A program made the translations under genes and the position numbers. From assembly GCA_049976425.1 (NCBI GenBank), contig JBMFIG010000019.1, positions 1 to 26,148 on the forward strand: DNA of 26,148 bases, read 5' to 3'. Source of the DNA: Thermoproteus sp. (lineage in GTDB: Archaea > Thermoproteota > Thermoprotei > Thermoproteales > Thermoproteaceae). Position 1 is the stretch's first letter, and every line of letters begins with the position of its first letter. Of the stretch, positions 8,898 through 17,445 are shown piece after piece. A model generated the notes under the pieces. The model saw only the letters and a list, made by a program, of their open reading frames with translations, was not told the DNA's origin and did no database searches.

Positions 8898-9392
8898 ATG
8901 GCCGAGGCCTGGCTCTGGAGTACGTGGGTCAAGGCGGAGAGGCTTAGAGACGCCGATGTGGCCGTCGTGGCGGCATGTCTGCCGTTTGTCAACCCTAAGC
9001 TCTACGAGGAGATCTCTAGAGGGAAGGTGGTGCTCCTCGCATGTCCCGAAAGGGAGCACCCGGCCCTATATGGAAAGATAGCGAGCATGATAAGATCTTC
9101 GCGGCCCAGGTCGATCACCGTGGTATCTATAGAGGGGAGCCCCCACTGCTCTCTACTACATGCCTCCGTCAACGAGGCCGAGTATATCATGGACGAGGAG
9201 ATCCCCAGAAGGCATTTCGTGGTCGTCGACGGGAAGGAGCTCGTAGAGATATCCCCCTCGACCGTCAGAGCTGCGAGATACCTATCCATAGTCGAGAAGT
9301 TGGTCAGAGAGAGGCCTGAGGCGCTTAAGGAGCTTGAGCTACACAGCTTGGAACATAGGAGCGCCTTAACGCGGGCCTCCAGACGACGGTAG
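8898..9392 (+). CDS. Putative iron-sulfur cluster-binding protein, coupled to thiC
   Basis: Spaced Cys motifs AAC...LLACPERE...EGSPHC resemble the ADC/GCPKLD/MEVPCC domain of 4Fe-4S binding proteins. Starts 1 bp after the thiC stop. Confidence 0.6.
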   Translation: MAEAWLWSTWVKAERLRDADVAVVAACLPFVNPKLYEEISRGKVVLLACPEREHPALYGKIASMIRSSRPRSITVVSIEGSPHCSLLHASVNEAEYIMDEEIPRRHFVVVDGKELVEISPSTVRAARYLSIVEKLVRERPEALKELELHSLEHRSALTRASRRR

Positions 9393-9436
9393 ACCCAGTC
9401 TATCTGAGGACAAACGGAGCGGATTTACTGGTTGCC

Positions 9437-9471
9437 GAAAAACCTCGCCCTTCAGGCCGGGAGGAGGTCAG
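9437..9471 (+). mobile_element. Isolated IS200/IS605-type right-end motif (remnant)
   Basis: AACCTCGCCCTTCAGGCCGGGAGGAGGTCAG resembles crenarchaeal tnpB-element ends and shares GGGAGGAGGTCAG with the tnpB remnant end at 11963-11975. Confidence 0.65.
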
Positions 9472-9765
9472 GGCCGCTACGTAGGAGAGGTTAAAGATGC
9501 ATTGGATAGCCAAGAGGACTATTTTCTCCGTAGCTCTCCTGTAATTATTAGTACCCCGCCTTTCCCTAAGCCGGCGGCCCCGCCCCTTGTGTACACGGCC
9601 GCCGAGGTTTTCATAGCCTTCATAAGCCCCATTCTGCTTGGCGGGATTCTCCGCTGGAGATCTGGGGGAGGCGTAGAGAGTTGTAGAGAAGACTTCAACG
9701 TCCGGCGCTGACAATAGCCGACGTGTCTGGCGGCATTAGTTTTAAAACAAGACATACGGCCAGCA

Positions 9766-10752
9766 GTGGAGTTTAGGATTAGGGGGTATAGGTGTCTTGA
9801 AGATTTCGTCGTAGACGTCGAGGATCTGTTGGTGATCCTTGGGCCTAATGGCGCTGGGAAGTCTTCCCTTCTTGAGGCCCTCTACCTGGCGGCTTCTGGC
9901 GGCGGGGCCTCTCCGCCGGGTCCCCAAACGCCCTTGAAAATTGTGCTGATGGCGCGGGGAGAGCCCTTCAGCCCGGATTTCGGCCGCGACCGCGCCGAGC
10001 TTAACGAGACTGTACTATCTAGAGTTGAGTGCACCCCGGGCGGCGACGCGGAGCTGAACAAGCTACTGCAGGGAATCTCCATACAGCTTTTTTTCGGATG
10101 GCTGGCCAAGTTGTCCGGGCTACCGGTGTCTGAATTCGCATATCGCGAGCTCGGTAGGCTTTACCTCTGCGGGCCGGACGGCGCCTCCGCCGCCGCGGTT
10201 TTCGCGAACTTCGTGGTGGACTGGCGTAAGGGCAATATTGGGGAGGCCTTGCTCGTAACGCCTAGGCTAGCCGCCGAGATGGACTACGTGGCGCCGCTCG
10301 TCGACAATATCGCTGTGGGGAACCCCGGCTGGTTTAGCCAAGTCCTGGGGCTTTTTGAGAAATACGGCGTGAGGGACGTGAGGAATATCAACGGCATACC
10401 CCACGTGGTGGGACGGAGGATCCTGCCGATGAGCGCCGCGCCGGCAGGCCTTGCATACGCCCTCACAATATCCCTTGCTCTCGGCGGCGGCAGATTTGTC
10501 TTCATCGACGAGCCGGAGGCGCATATGCACCCCACGCTTATCGACACTGTGCGGGACGCGGTGGAGCGCGCCCTTGAGGCGGGCAGGAAGGTGGTGGTGG
10601 CCACGCAGAGCATCGAGGTGGTGGACAAGCTGGCCTCAATCGGGAGGGGGCGGGTGTTGAGGATGCGCGACTGTAAGAAACACGACGAGATAGAAATGCC
10701 GGAGGCTAGGAGGCGCCTTGACGAGTTATATGAGGACCTCAGGTATTACTGA
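9766..10752 (+). CDS. ABC-type AAA_21/AAA_15 (OLD/AriA-like) ATPase
   Basis: IRGYRCL N-terminus, Walker A GPNGAGKSS, Walker B/D-loop FIDEPEAHMHP, and VVATQS switch; no transmembrane partner nearby. Confidence 0.88.
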   Translation: MEFRIRGYRCLEDFVVDVEDLLVILGPNGAGKSSLLEALYLAASGGGASPPGPQTPLKIVLMARGEPFSPDFGRDRAELNETVLSRVECTPGGDAELNKLLQGISIQLFFGWLAKLSGLPVSEFAYRELGRLYLCGPDGASAAAVFANFVVDWRKGNIGEALLVTPRLAAEMDYVAPLVDNIAVGNPGWFSQVLGLFEKYGVRDVRNINGIPHVVGRRILPMSAAPAGLAYALTISLALGGGRFVFIDEPEAHMHPTLIDTVRDAVERALEAGRKVVVATQSIEVVDKLASIGRGRVLRMRDCKKHDEIEMPEARRRLDELYEDLRYY

Positions 10753-11287
10753 CATCTGCCTATATTTCGTAGAGGGGGACGACGACGAGAAGGCGCTTCT
10801 GGCTTGGTGCGGCTGGTCGCGGCCCGAGACGCCGTTCACAGGCGAGCTGTCGAGGAGGATCAGCGCGGTGGAGGAGCTGTTGGGCAGATACCGACGCATC
10901 ACGGCGGGAGGTCGCTATCCAGTCAAGAAGTACGTCGCCAGCGGCAGGGCGGTCGTGGTGGTCAAATTCGCGCAGATCTCCAACTGGAGAGGCGTGTTCC
11001 AGTTCCTCAGCGAGCGGAGGGAGAGACTCAGCGACTACGCCCGATGCGTCACGATCGTTTTCGACTGCGACGCGCCCGCCGAGTCTTGCGCTAGGTTGAG
11101 GGACGGAATCGAGATCTTGAATTGCGCCGGCTCTCGGCAGTGTTGTGCCGGAGCTGGCGGCGTCGCGCTCCTATCCATATGCGATGGCGTCTCCCTCCTC
11201 TCCTTCGCGCCCAGGCTTGAGGACCTGTCCGGTGTCACGTGTAGATGCGCTTGTTGCGAACACTGCGAGGGGAGGCGCGGGCTTTAA
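10730..11287 (+). CDS. Cys-rich TOPRIM-fold putative nuclease (DUF3226/DUF4276/OLD-like), partner of the ATPase
   Basis: LYFVEGDDDE (TOPRIM Glu), IVFDCD (DxD) and a late LEDL motif. Overlaps the ATPase 3' end; 14 Cys. Confidence 0.7.
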   Translation: MRTSGITDICLYFVEGDDDEKALLAWCGWSRPETPFTGELSRRISAVEELLGRYRRITAGGRYPVKKYVASGRAVVVVKFAQISNWRGVFQFLSERRERLSDYARCVTIVFDCDAPAESCARLRDGIEILNCAGSRQCCAGAGGVALLSICDGVSLLSFAPRLEDLSGVTCRCACCEHCEGRRGL

Positions 11288-11403
11288 ACTCGACGCAGAC
11301 GACCTCCCTCGGAGGAAACACCTCGGTGCGCGGCAAGTGCTATCTACGCCAACGCCTCCTCCCTCCGGTGTATTCTACACGAAGTCCCCCTCTAATCGCC
11401 TAT

Positions 11404-11929
11404 AAGTCGGATGCCGAGAATAAATACCGCCAGCTCACGAAGGAGGCGGCGGTCCTGGTGACTGAGGACTTAGGCGAGAGGCCTCAGGAGGGGATGATTA
11501 GGGGCAAGGGGGCGCCGGGCTTAGGCACCGCGTCAAGCAGACGCCGATTAATGCGGTGGTGGAGAAGACAGCCGACAAAGCCGCGGAACGTGGCCTGAGG
11601 CTTGTGCTGGTGCCGGCCTACAGGGACTCAAGGATCTGCCCCATACACGGCGTGGAGATGGCCTTCCCCCTCGGCCCCAAGATAGGCCTCTGCCCGCATA
11701 ACCACTGGGTGCACCGGGATATCGCGGCCGTCCTCAACATGTTGGAAAAGGCCACGAAAAACTTGAGGAGAAGTACGCCGAGGCCGTGAGGCAGACGCTA
11801 TCTGCTGTGGACGAGAGACCGCTGGAGGAGTGGACAGCGGAAGTCCTCCAAGCCGAGAGGCCCGCCTCAAGGCCCGACGTGCTGGCCCGGGCCGGCCCCA
11901 TGACCCCCGCCCGGACTGACGGGGGATGA
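11404..11929 (+). pseudogene. tnpB: Decayed tnpB (IS200/IS605 family), C-terminal half only, two frameshifts
   Basis: Joined frames read AAVLVTEDL (RuvC-II Glu), then LRHRVKQ...SRICPIHG...CPHNHWVHRDIAAVLNML (Zn ribbon plus RuvC-III Asp), then KLEEKYAEAV...GPMTPARTDGG* (TGA 11927-11929). The 5' boundary is approximate. Confidence 0.75.
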
Positions 11930-11942
11930 GGGCGCCCATGAG

Positions 11943-11975
11943 CCGCCCCCAGCAGAGGGGCGGGGAGGAGGTCAG
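11943..11975 (+). mobile_element. IS200/IS605 right end: hairpin CCGCCCC/GGGGCGG followed by GGAGGAGGTCAG (probable omegaRNA scaffold 3' end)
   Basis: Stem arms at 11943-11949 and 11957-11963; terminal TCAG at 11972-11975, directly downstream of the tnpB remnant. Confidence 0.75.
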
Positions 11976-13228
11976 CAGACGACTTCCAGCTCTCTTATGA
12001 GCTGGACCTCGACTTCCTCCCCCTCGTCGTAGCCCTCTCTATTCTCGGGCACGACGAGGATGGCGTTCCCCCTAGTGAGCGTGGAGAGGATCCCGCTGCC
12101 CGTCACGGCGAGGGGCTCCACGTATACCTTGCCCTCCTTGACGTAGGCCCTCACCCTGGCGTAGGTCCTCACGTTTATCGGGGTTGTTATACGCCGGGTC
12201 AAGACCCCCCTCACGGTCGGCTGGGGCTCCGGCCTCCCGCCGACCATCTTCAAGATAGCTGGCCTCGCGAATATCTCGAACCCCACTACGGCGGCGACGG
12301 GGAAGCCGGACAGCACTATCACCGGCTTGCCCCCGACCACGGCCGCCCCGTTGGGCCTGCCGGGCCTGACCGCTATCCCCCTCACGTAGAAGTCGGCCAT
12401 GGAGGAGACTGCTCTGTGCGTCGCGTCGGGCCCCCCGACGGAGGCGCCGCCCGTTGTGGCCACTATGTCGAAGCCCGAGAGGGCCTTCTCCAAGGCCCTC
12501 CTTATGGCCTCCTCGTCGTCGGGGACTAGGCCCAGATACTCGGCGTCGGCCCCCGCCTCGCGGAATAGGCCGATCAGGGCGAACCTCGTCGAGTTAACCA
12601 CCTTGCCGGGCGGCGGGGCGCCGCCGGATACGTCCTCCACCTCAACCAGCTCGTCGCCCGTCGATATCACGGCCGCCCTGACCAGGTAGATCGGGACCCG
12701 CGACATGCCGAGCGACGCGAGCACGCCGAGATCCCAAGGCCGGAGTCTCGTCCCCGCCTTGAGGACCAGCTCGCCCTTGGAGAGGTCCTCCCCCCTCCTC
12801 GATACGTAGTAGTAGCGGGGCACCGGGCGGTATATCTCCACCGCCCCTCCCCTCTCGGCCGCCTCCTCGTAGGGGACAACGGCATCCGCCCCCTCCGGCA
12901 ACGGGGCGCCCGTCGCGATCTCCACCGCCTCCCCCTCCCTCACCGCGCCCTCGAACGGCCTCCCGGGGCCTGCCCGTCCGACAACCTTGAGGACGACGGG
13001 GTTGGTCCTCGTGGCGCCGAGCGTGTCGATGGACCTCACGGCGTATCCGTCGAAGGCCGCGCGGTCGAACGGAGGGACGTCGACGTCGGCGATGATATCC
13101 CTAGCCAGATATCTGCCGAGGGCCTCCCCCAACGGCACCTCGACGACTGGAGGCTTGTGGGACAGCTTGGACAAGAACTCAGCGACGGCCTTGTCGGCCG
13201 GGGTCAGGCTCTTGAAGCCCCGAGACAC
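11972..13228 (-). CDS. moeA: Molybdopterin molybdotransferase MoeA
   Basis: DVPPFDRAAFDGYAV, IATGAPLPEGADAVV, ISTGDEL, TTGGASVG, VRPGRP and LSGFPVA motifs. Confidence 0.96.
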   Translation of the reverse strand: MSRGFKSLTPADKAVAEFLSKLSHKPPVVEVPLGEALGRYLARDIIADVDVPPFDRAAFDGYAVRSIDTLGATRTNPVVLKVVGRAGPGRPFEGAVREGEAVEIATGAPLPEGADAVVPYEEAAERGGAVEIYRPVPRYYYVSRRGEDLSKGELVLKAGTRLRPWDLGVLASLGMSRVPIYLVRAAVISTGDELVEVEDVSGGAPPPGKVVNSTRFALIGLFREAGADAEYLGLVPDDEEAIRRALEKALSGFDIVATTGGASVGGPDATHRAVSSMADFYVRGIAVRPGRPNGAAVVGGKPVIVLSGFPVAAVVGFEIFARPAILKMVGGRPEPQPTVRGVLTRRITTPINVRTYARVRAYVKEGKVYVEPLAVTGSGILSTLTRGNAILVVPENREGYDEGEEVEVQLIRELEVVC

Positions 13229-13384
13229 GTCGAGTCGGCGATCGACCTATAAAACAGTAAGCCCCAAGGTCCAGCCGCGCCCGGGCCGAGATCAATCCAG
13301 CACAGACACAACTGACCTCTGCCGTCCTTTCCTTAGATACCCGCCGCGCCTCTAAGCGCCCCTCCTAGAGGCTTGGCGCCTCGG

Positions 13385-13395
13385 TATTTATATAA
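13385..13395 (+). promoter_or_regulatory. Putative TATA box of gat-queC
   Basis: TATTTATATAA about 20-25 bp upstream of ATG 13411. Confidence 0.6.
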
Positions 13396-13410
13396 TGGGT
13401 AGGTTAGGCC

Positions 13411-14901
13411 ATGTGCTCGATCGGCGGCGTGTTGATCTTCGGGGATCTGGATAGGGAGAGGGCCGCCGCGATAGAGGCGAAGCTCAGGGCTATAGCCGAG
13501 GCGGCTACCGAGAGGGGCAGAGACAGCTTCGGCATCGCCGTTCTGGACAGATCGGGGTCGTATAGGGTCTACAAGGACAGGAGGCCGGCGCCGGAGGCGC
13601 TCAAGGACATGCCCGAGATGGTCGGCGCAGACGCCGTCGCCGCCATCTTCAACAACAGGGCGGAGCCCACGACGGAGCACGTGGAGAGGAAGACCGAGAA
13701 CGACATACAGCCCATGTTGGGCGAGAGGATCGCGGTCACCCACAACGGCACTATCGCCAACGACATGGAGCTGGAGAGGAGGTATGGGCTGAGGCGGAGG
13801 TCCAGAATAGACACTGCGGTGTTGCCGCCGCTCCTCGAGAAGGTGTGGGACGGATCCCTCGAGGGGTTGCAAAGAATCTTGAGGGACGAGGTCGTGGGGA
13901 GCTACGCCCTCGCCGTGCTCGACTCGGCGAGGCCCGGCAGGCTCTGGCTCGCCGCCAACTTCCGCCCCCTCTACTATATGTGGGACCGGCAGCTCAACGC
14001 CCTATTCTTCGCGAGCTCCGACGCGTATCTCCAAGGCGACGTGGCGCCTTGGGACGGCAACTACGTCAAGAGGCTGGAGCCCTACACCGTTGTGGAGGTC
14101 GGCGTGGACAAGACCTGGAGGTCGGCCAGTCTGTGGAAGGCCGACGCGGAGCCCGGCAGGCGGAGGAGGGCCCTCGTTGTGGCCAGCGGAGGGCTCGACT
14201 CCACGACGGCGGCGGCCGCCCTCTTGAGGCAGGGCTACGAGGTGGCGCTCCTCCACTTCAACTACAGACACGTGGCCGAGGATCCCGAGAGGAGGGCTGT
14301 GAGGGAGATATCGAAGGCTCTAGGGACGCCCCTCATAGAGGTCGACATGGACTTCTTCAAGCTGGCCGGCCGCTCCCCCCTCCTCGGCGAGGGCGAGATA
14401 AACAGAGTCGACATGGGGCGCGAGGGGGCTGAGTTCGCCCACGAGTGGGTCCCCGCGAGGAACTTCGTCTTCATAGCGCTCGCCGTCGCGTTGGCGGAGG
14501 CCTGGGGCTACGACTACGTGGCCTTGGGCATAAACATGGAGGAGGCCGGCGCGTATCCAGACAACGAGATGGAGCTCGTCCGCCTGCTGAACCAAGCGCT
14601 CCCCTACGCAACGGGCCCCCAGAGGAGGGTCCAGCTGTTGATGCCGGTGGGCGGCCTCGTCAAGCACGAGATAGTGAGGCTCGGGCTTGAGGTGGGCGCC
14701 CCGTTGCACCTCACCTGGAGCTGTTACGACAAGGGGCCCAAACACTGCGGCCGTTGCGGCCCCTGCTATATGAGGCGCCTCGCCTTCAAGATAAACGGCG
14801 TGAGGGACCCCGTCGAGTACGACCTTCCGCCCGAGGCCGAGGAGGAGTTCTGGCGCGGGACGAGGCCCTACGTGTGGCGTCCGCCCGAGAGGAGGGGCTA
14901 G
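13411..14901 (+). CDS. queC: GAT-QueC fusion: class II glutamine amidotransferase plus 7-cyano-7-deazaguanine synthase (archaeosine pathway)
   Basis: N-terminal nucleophile Cys2 (MCSIGG), RGRDSFG and HNG; then QueC motifs SGGLDS, VPARN, YPD, TWSCY and CGRCGPC. Confidence 0.93.
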   Translation: MCSIGGVLIFGDLDRERAAAIEAKLRAIAEAATERGRDSFGIAVLDRSGSYRVYKDRRPAPEALKDMPEMVGADAVAAIFNNRAEPTTEHVERKTENDIQPMLGERIAVTHNGTIANDMELERRYGLRRRSRIDTAVLPPLLEKVWDGSLEGLQRILRDEVVGSYALAVLDSARPGRLWLAANFRPLYYMWDRQLNALFFASSDAYLQGDVAPWDGNYVKRLEPYTVVEVGVDKTWRSASLWKADAEPGRRRRALVVASGGLDSTTAAAALLRQGYEVALLHFNYRHVAEDPERRAVREISKALGTPLIEVDMDFFKLAGRSPLLGEGEINRVDMGREGAEFAHEWVPARNFVFIALAVALAEAWGYDYVALGINMEEAGAYPDNEMELVRLLNQALPYATGPQRRVQLLMPVGGLVKHEIVRLGLEVGAPLHLTWSCYDKGPKHCGRCGPCYMRRLAFKINGVRDPVEYDLPPEAEEEFWRGTRPYVWRPPERRG

Positions 14902-15479
14902 CCCTCCGCCAACTCCCTCAACTCGCCCAGCCTGTACTTCCTGAGCAGAGCCGCAAGTATCCTCGCGGCCTCCTCAGGCCTCAGCCCCTCGGCCTCCGCG
15001 GCCCTCCTCACCTCGCCTATGAGAGTCTGGATCCAGCCGTCGCCTCCGCCGTAGCCGTACTGCGTTGCGTAGACCTCGTAGGCTATTTGGGAGAGCCCGT
15101 CGGCCTCCTTGTTCGCCTCGCGGGGCACCCACTCGACGCTCCACCGGGCGAACCCGGCGAGGAGCGCCTCGACCTCGTCCTTCAGCTCCATGAGCCTAAG
15201 GGAGTTGACCGCCCACTCTCCCCTGATCTGCCTAACCACTAGCTGGCTATCGCCCCGTATCTCCACCTCGTCGCATCCCAGCTCCTTGGCCCGCCTCAAC
15301 ACCTCGCGCAGGGCGACGTACTCCGCCACGTTGTTGGTGCACCCATCGCCGTGACAAGCCACGCCGTAGCCCCTATCCAGCCTCCTGCCGCTCTCGTCAT
15401 ATATAACGTAGCCGTACGTGCCCAGCCCGCCGGGATTGACCGGCTCGCACGCCCCGTCGAAATACACAGCGCACCTCAC
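14898..15479 (-). CDS. rnhA: Ribonuclease HI (archaeal type 1) with a C-terminal helical extension
   Basis: YFDGAC..NPG, TNNVAEY, GDSQLV and VPREANKEADGLS give the D/E/D/D active site. Confidence 0.92.
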   Translation of the reverse strand: MRCAVYFDGACEPVNPGGLGTYGYVIYDESGRRLDRGYGVACHGDGCTNNVAEYVALREVLRRAKELGCDEVEIRGDSQLVVRQIRGEWAVNSLRLMELKDEVEALLAGFARWSVEWVPREANKEADGLSQIAYEVYATQYGYGGGDGWIQTLIGEVRRAAEAEGLRPEEAARILAALLRKYRLGELRELAEG

Positions 15480-15518
15480 GTCGTGGAGCCCGTCCGGGTT
15501 TTTAGCCTTGTCGCCGGC

Positions 15519-16415
15519 CTACACCAGCTCGACGTCTCTGTCGGACCTGTATACAGCCTTCCTCTCCACGGTGAAGGCGAGTAGCTTGAACGCGCTTATC
15601 AAGCCGGCGACGCCTCCTCCGGCTAGACCAGCCAGCGCCACCGTCTCCAGTAAACGTGGGTCGTAGACGGCTACATGAGCCGCCGGGCTCGCGGCAGCTC
15701 CGAACAGCCCAAGCAAGGCGGCCCCAAGCACAATCGACAGCGCGATGGCCGCCGAGGTCCCCCTGCCGGCGCGCGAGACGGGATACTCCATGTAGACCAC
15801 GTCCCCCTCGGCGGCGTCGACGACGGCCTCGTACTCCTTTCCGCCGTAGCTGTAGCGGAGCCTCCAGAAGGGGTAGTACACTATCCCCTCGAACGTCGTC
15901 TTGTCGCTTATGGGCTTCTTAAACACCGCGGCGTAGCTCCTGGCCTCCTTCTCGTAAGGCTTTGAGGCGGCGGCCCAAGCCGTCTCGGGATCCAGCTGGG
16001 GCTGGTGGAATACGGCGGTTCTCTCCAACGACGGCTTGAAGGGGATCCTCCAACGGGCCGGGAATCTGTAGTCCCTCGGTACGTAGAACGGCGGCTTCTC
16101 CACCGCAAGCGCAGTCGCGTACGTGGCCAGCTCCTTAAGAGGCTCGAAATAGACATAGTAGAGGTAGAGCGGGAGGAAGTGGAGCTCCGCCGACGTCAAC
16201 GACGCCGACGAGGCCAAATCCGCCGGGGAGGCCCAGGGCCTCAGCGAAAGCGCCCTCCTAAACGCGTCCGTCTTGTCTAGAGACGCCTTGAATACGTAGA
16301 CCTTCTCGTAGACCTGCCCTTGTCTGAGGACGGTGCCGCAGTAGGGGCAGACCAGATACTGCGCGCCCTCCGGCGCCTCGTACTCGGCCCCGCAGTAGGG
16401 ACAACGGACCTTCAT
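15519..16415 (-). CDS. Zinc-ribbon membrane protein, YdjG-like (gene 5 of the operon)
   Basis: N-terminal CPYCG...CPYCG; FLPLY and YYPFW..Y.YGGKEY.AVVDA..G motifs; two C-terminal hydrophobic helices; ATGA overlap with the upstream gene. Confidence 0.7.
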   Translation of the reverse strand: MKVRCPYCGAEYEAPEGAQYLVCPYCGTVLRQGQVYEKVYVFKASLDKTDAFRRALSLRPWASPADLASSASLTSAELHFLPLYLYYVYFEPLKELATYATALAVEKPPFYVPRDYRFPARWRIPFKPSLERTAVFHQPQLDPETAWAAASKPYEKEARSYAAVFKKPISDKTTFEGIVYYPFWRLRYSYGGKEYEAVVDAAEGDVVYMEYPVSRAGRGTSAAIALSIVLGAALLGLFGAAASPAAHVAVYDPRLLETVALAGLAGGGVAGLISAFKLLAFTVERKAVYRSDRDVELV

Positions 16416-17443
16416 TTCACAGTCCTAACCTTCACCACATTCCTAGCGGCGAGGTATCCCAGGACGCCGCCGGCAGCCACTATCCCGGCCCCCACGGCCC
16501 AGCTGTGGAGGAACGTGGCGCCGCCGAAGCCGCCTATGAGGCCGGCCGCAATCGTCGCCGCCGCGGCGTAGCCCAGCTTCTGCTCTAGGAAGACCGGCCT
16601 CGCCGCCGCTAGGGGCCTGCCGTCCCAGCCGGACAGGGCGAACGCGTAGAGCGACCCGTCGTAGATATACGGCACGACCCAGACCGGGATGTAGGTCACC
16701 GACGAGGCCTCGGCTCTCTCCACCTCGTAGTCGACCGCCTTGTCCAGCACCTTCGCGCTGGCGCCTGGATGGCCCACTGCGTCGGCCGCCCTCCTCTTGG
16801 CGTCCCTATCGACCTCGTCGAGTAGCCTATCCACGGCCTCCCTAAGCGCCACTGCGACGGCCCTCGACTTGCCGAACTCCGCGGCCAAAAACGCCTTGGA
16901 CGTCCTGTAGTTCAAGGGTATCTCCTCAAGAGGGACTGCCTTGGGCATTGACTCCATGTATTTTTGGGCGAGCCTCTCCGCGGCTATGCCGCCGGCGCTC
17001 CTCCTGGCCATCACAGGGATAGTGCCGCCGTACTCGACCCGCCCCGACACGTTGACGGTCCTCGTCACTACCTCGGTCTGGATCCTCCCCCCAACGTAGA
17101 CCGTCCTCGTGTAGACCACCTCGACCCGCGCTCTGTAGTTAGCCCTCAGTCTGGTGGAGACGAAGAAATAGGGGACGTAGTAGAGGTCCGGATCGCCGAA
17201 TGTCAGCTTCTTGAACCTGAACCTCAGCTCCAAGCTCCTCCGCGCCGCCTCCACGGCGGCCTTGGCCGCCTCGTCGCTCTTTATGGCGGGCACGGCCACC
17301 GGATCGCCCAGCTCCTCCTTGGGGACGTCGCCGGCCACGAAGTTGGCCCTGCCGCAGTAGCTACACACGACGACGACCGAGTCGGGCGTGACGTCGAGAG
17401 GGGCCCCGCAGTAGGAGCATCTGAACTGGGTCTCCGACGCCAT
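16412..17443 (-). CDS. Zinc-ribbon membrane protein, YdjG-like paralog (gene 4)
   Basis: CSYCG...CSYCG; YYVPYF and YIPVW..Y.YDG..Y....GWDG motifs; two C-terminal TM helices. Start is ATG 17443 or TTG 17449. Confidence 0.7.
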   Translation of the reverse strand: MASETQFRCSYCGAPLDVTPDSVVVVCSYCGRANFVAGDVPKEELGDPVAVPAIKSDEAAKAAVEAARRSLELRFRFKKLTFGDPDLYYVPYFFVSTRLRANYRARVEVVYTRTVYVGGRIQTEVVTRTVNVSGRVEYGGTIPVMARRSAGGIAAERLAQKYMESMPKAVPLEEIPLNYRTSKAFLAAEFGKSRAVAVALREAVDRLLDEVDRDAKRRAADAVGHPGASAKVLDKAVDYEVERAEASSVTYIPVWVVPYIYDGSLYAFALSGWDGRPLAAARPVFLEQKLGYAAAATIAAGLIGGFGGATFLHSWAVGAGIVAAGGVLGYLAARNVVKVRTVK

Positions 17444-17445
17444 GG

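Noticed and set aside
9472-9760. Short ORFs on both strands upstream of the ATPase
   Set aside because: No motifs and atypical codon usage; probably decayed sequence.
13312-13372. Third IS605-like end on the minus strand (AAAGGACGGCAGAGGTCAG) and a small GCCTCTA/TAGAGGC inverted repeat
   Set aside because: Only 8 terminal bases match the other ends and the adjacent hairpin is missing, so it may be chance.
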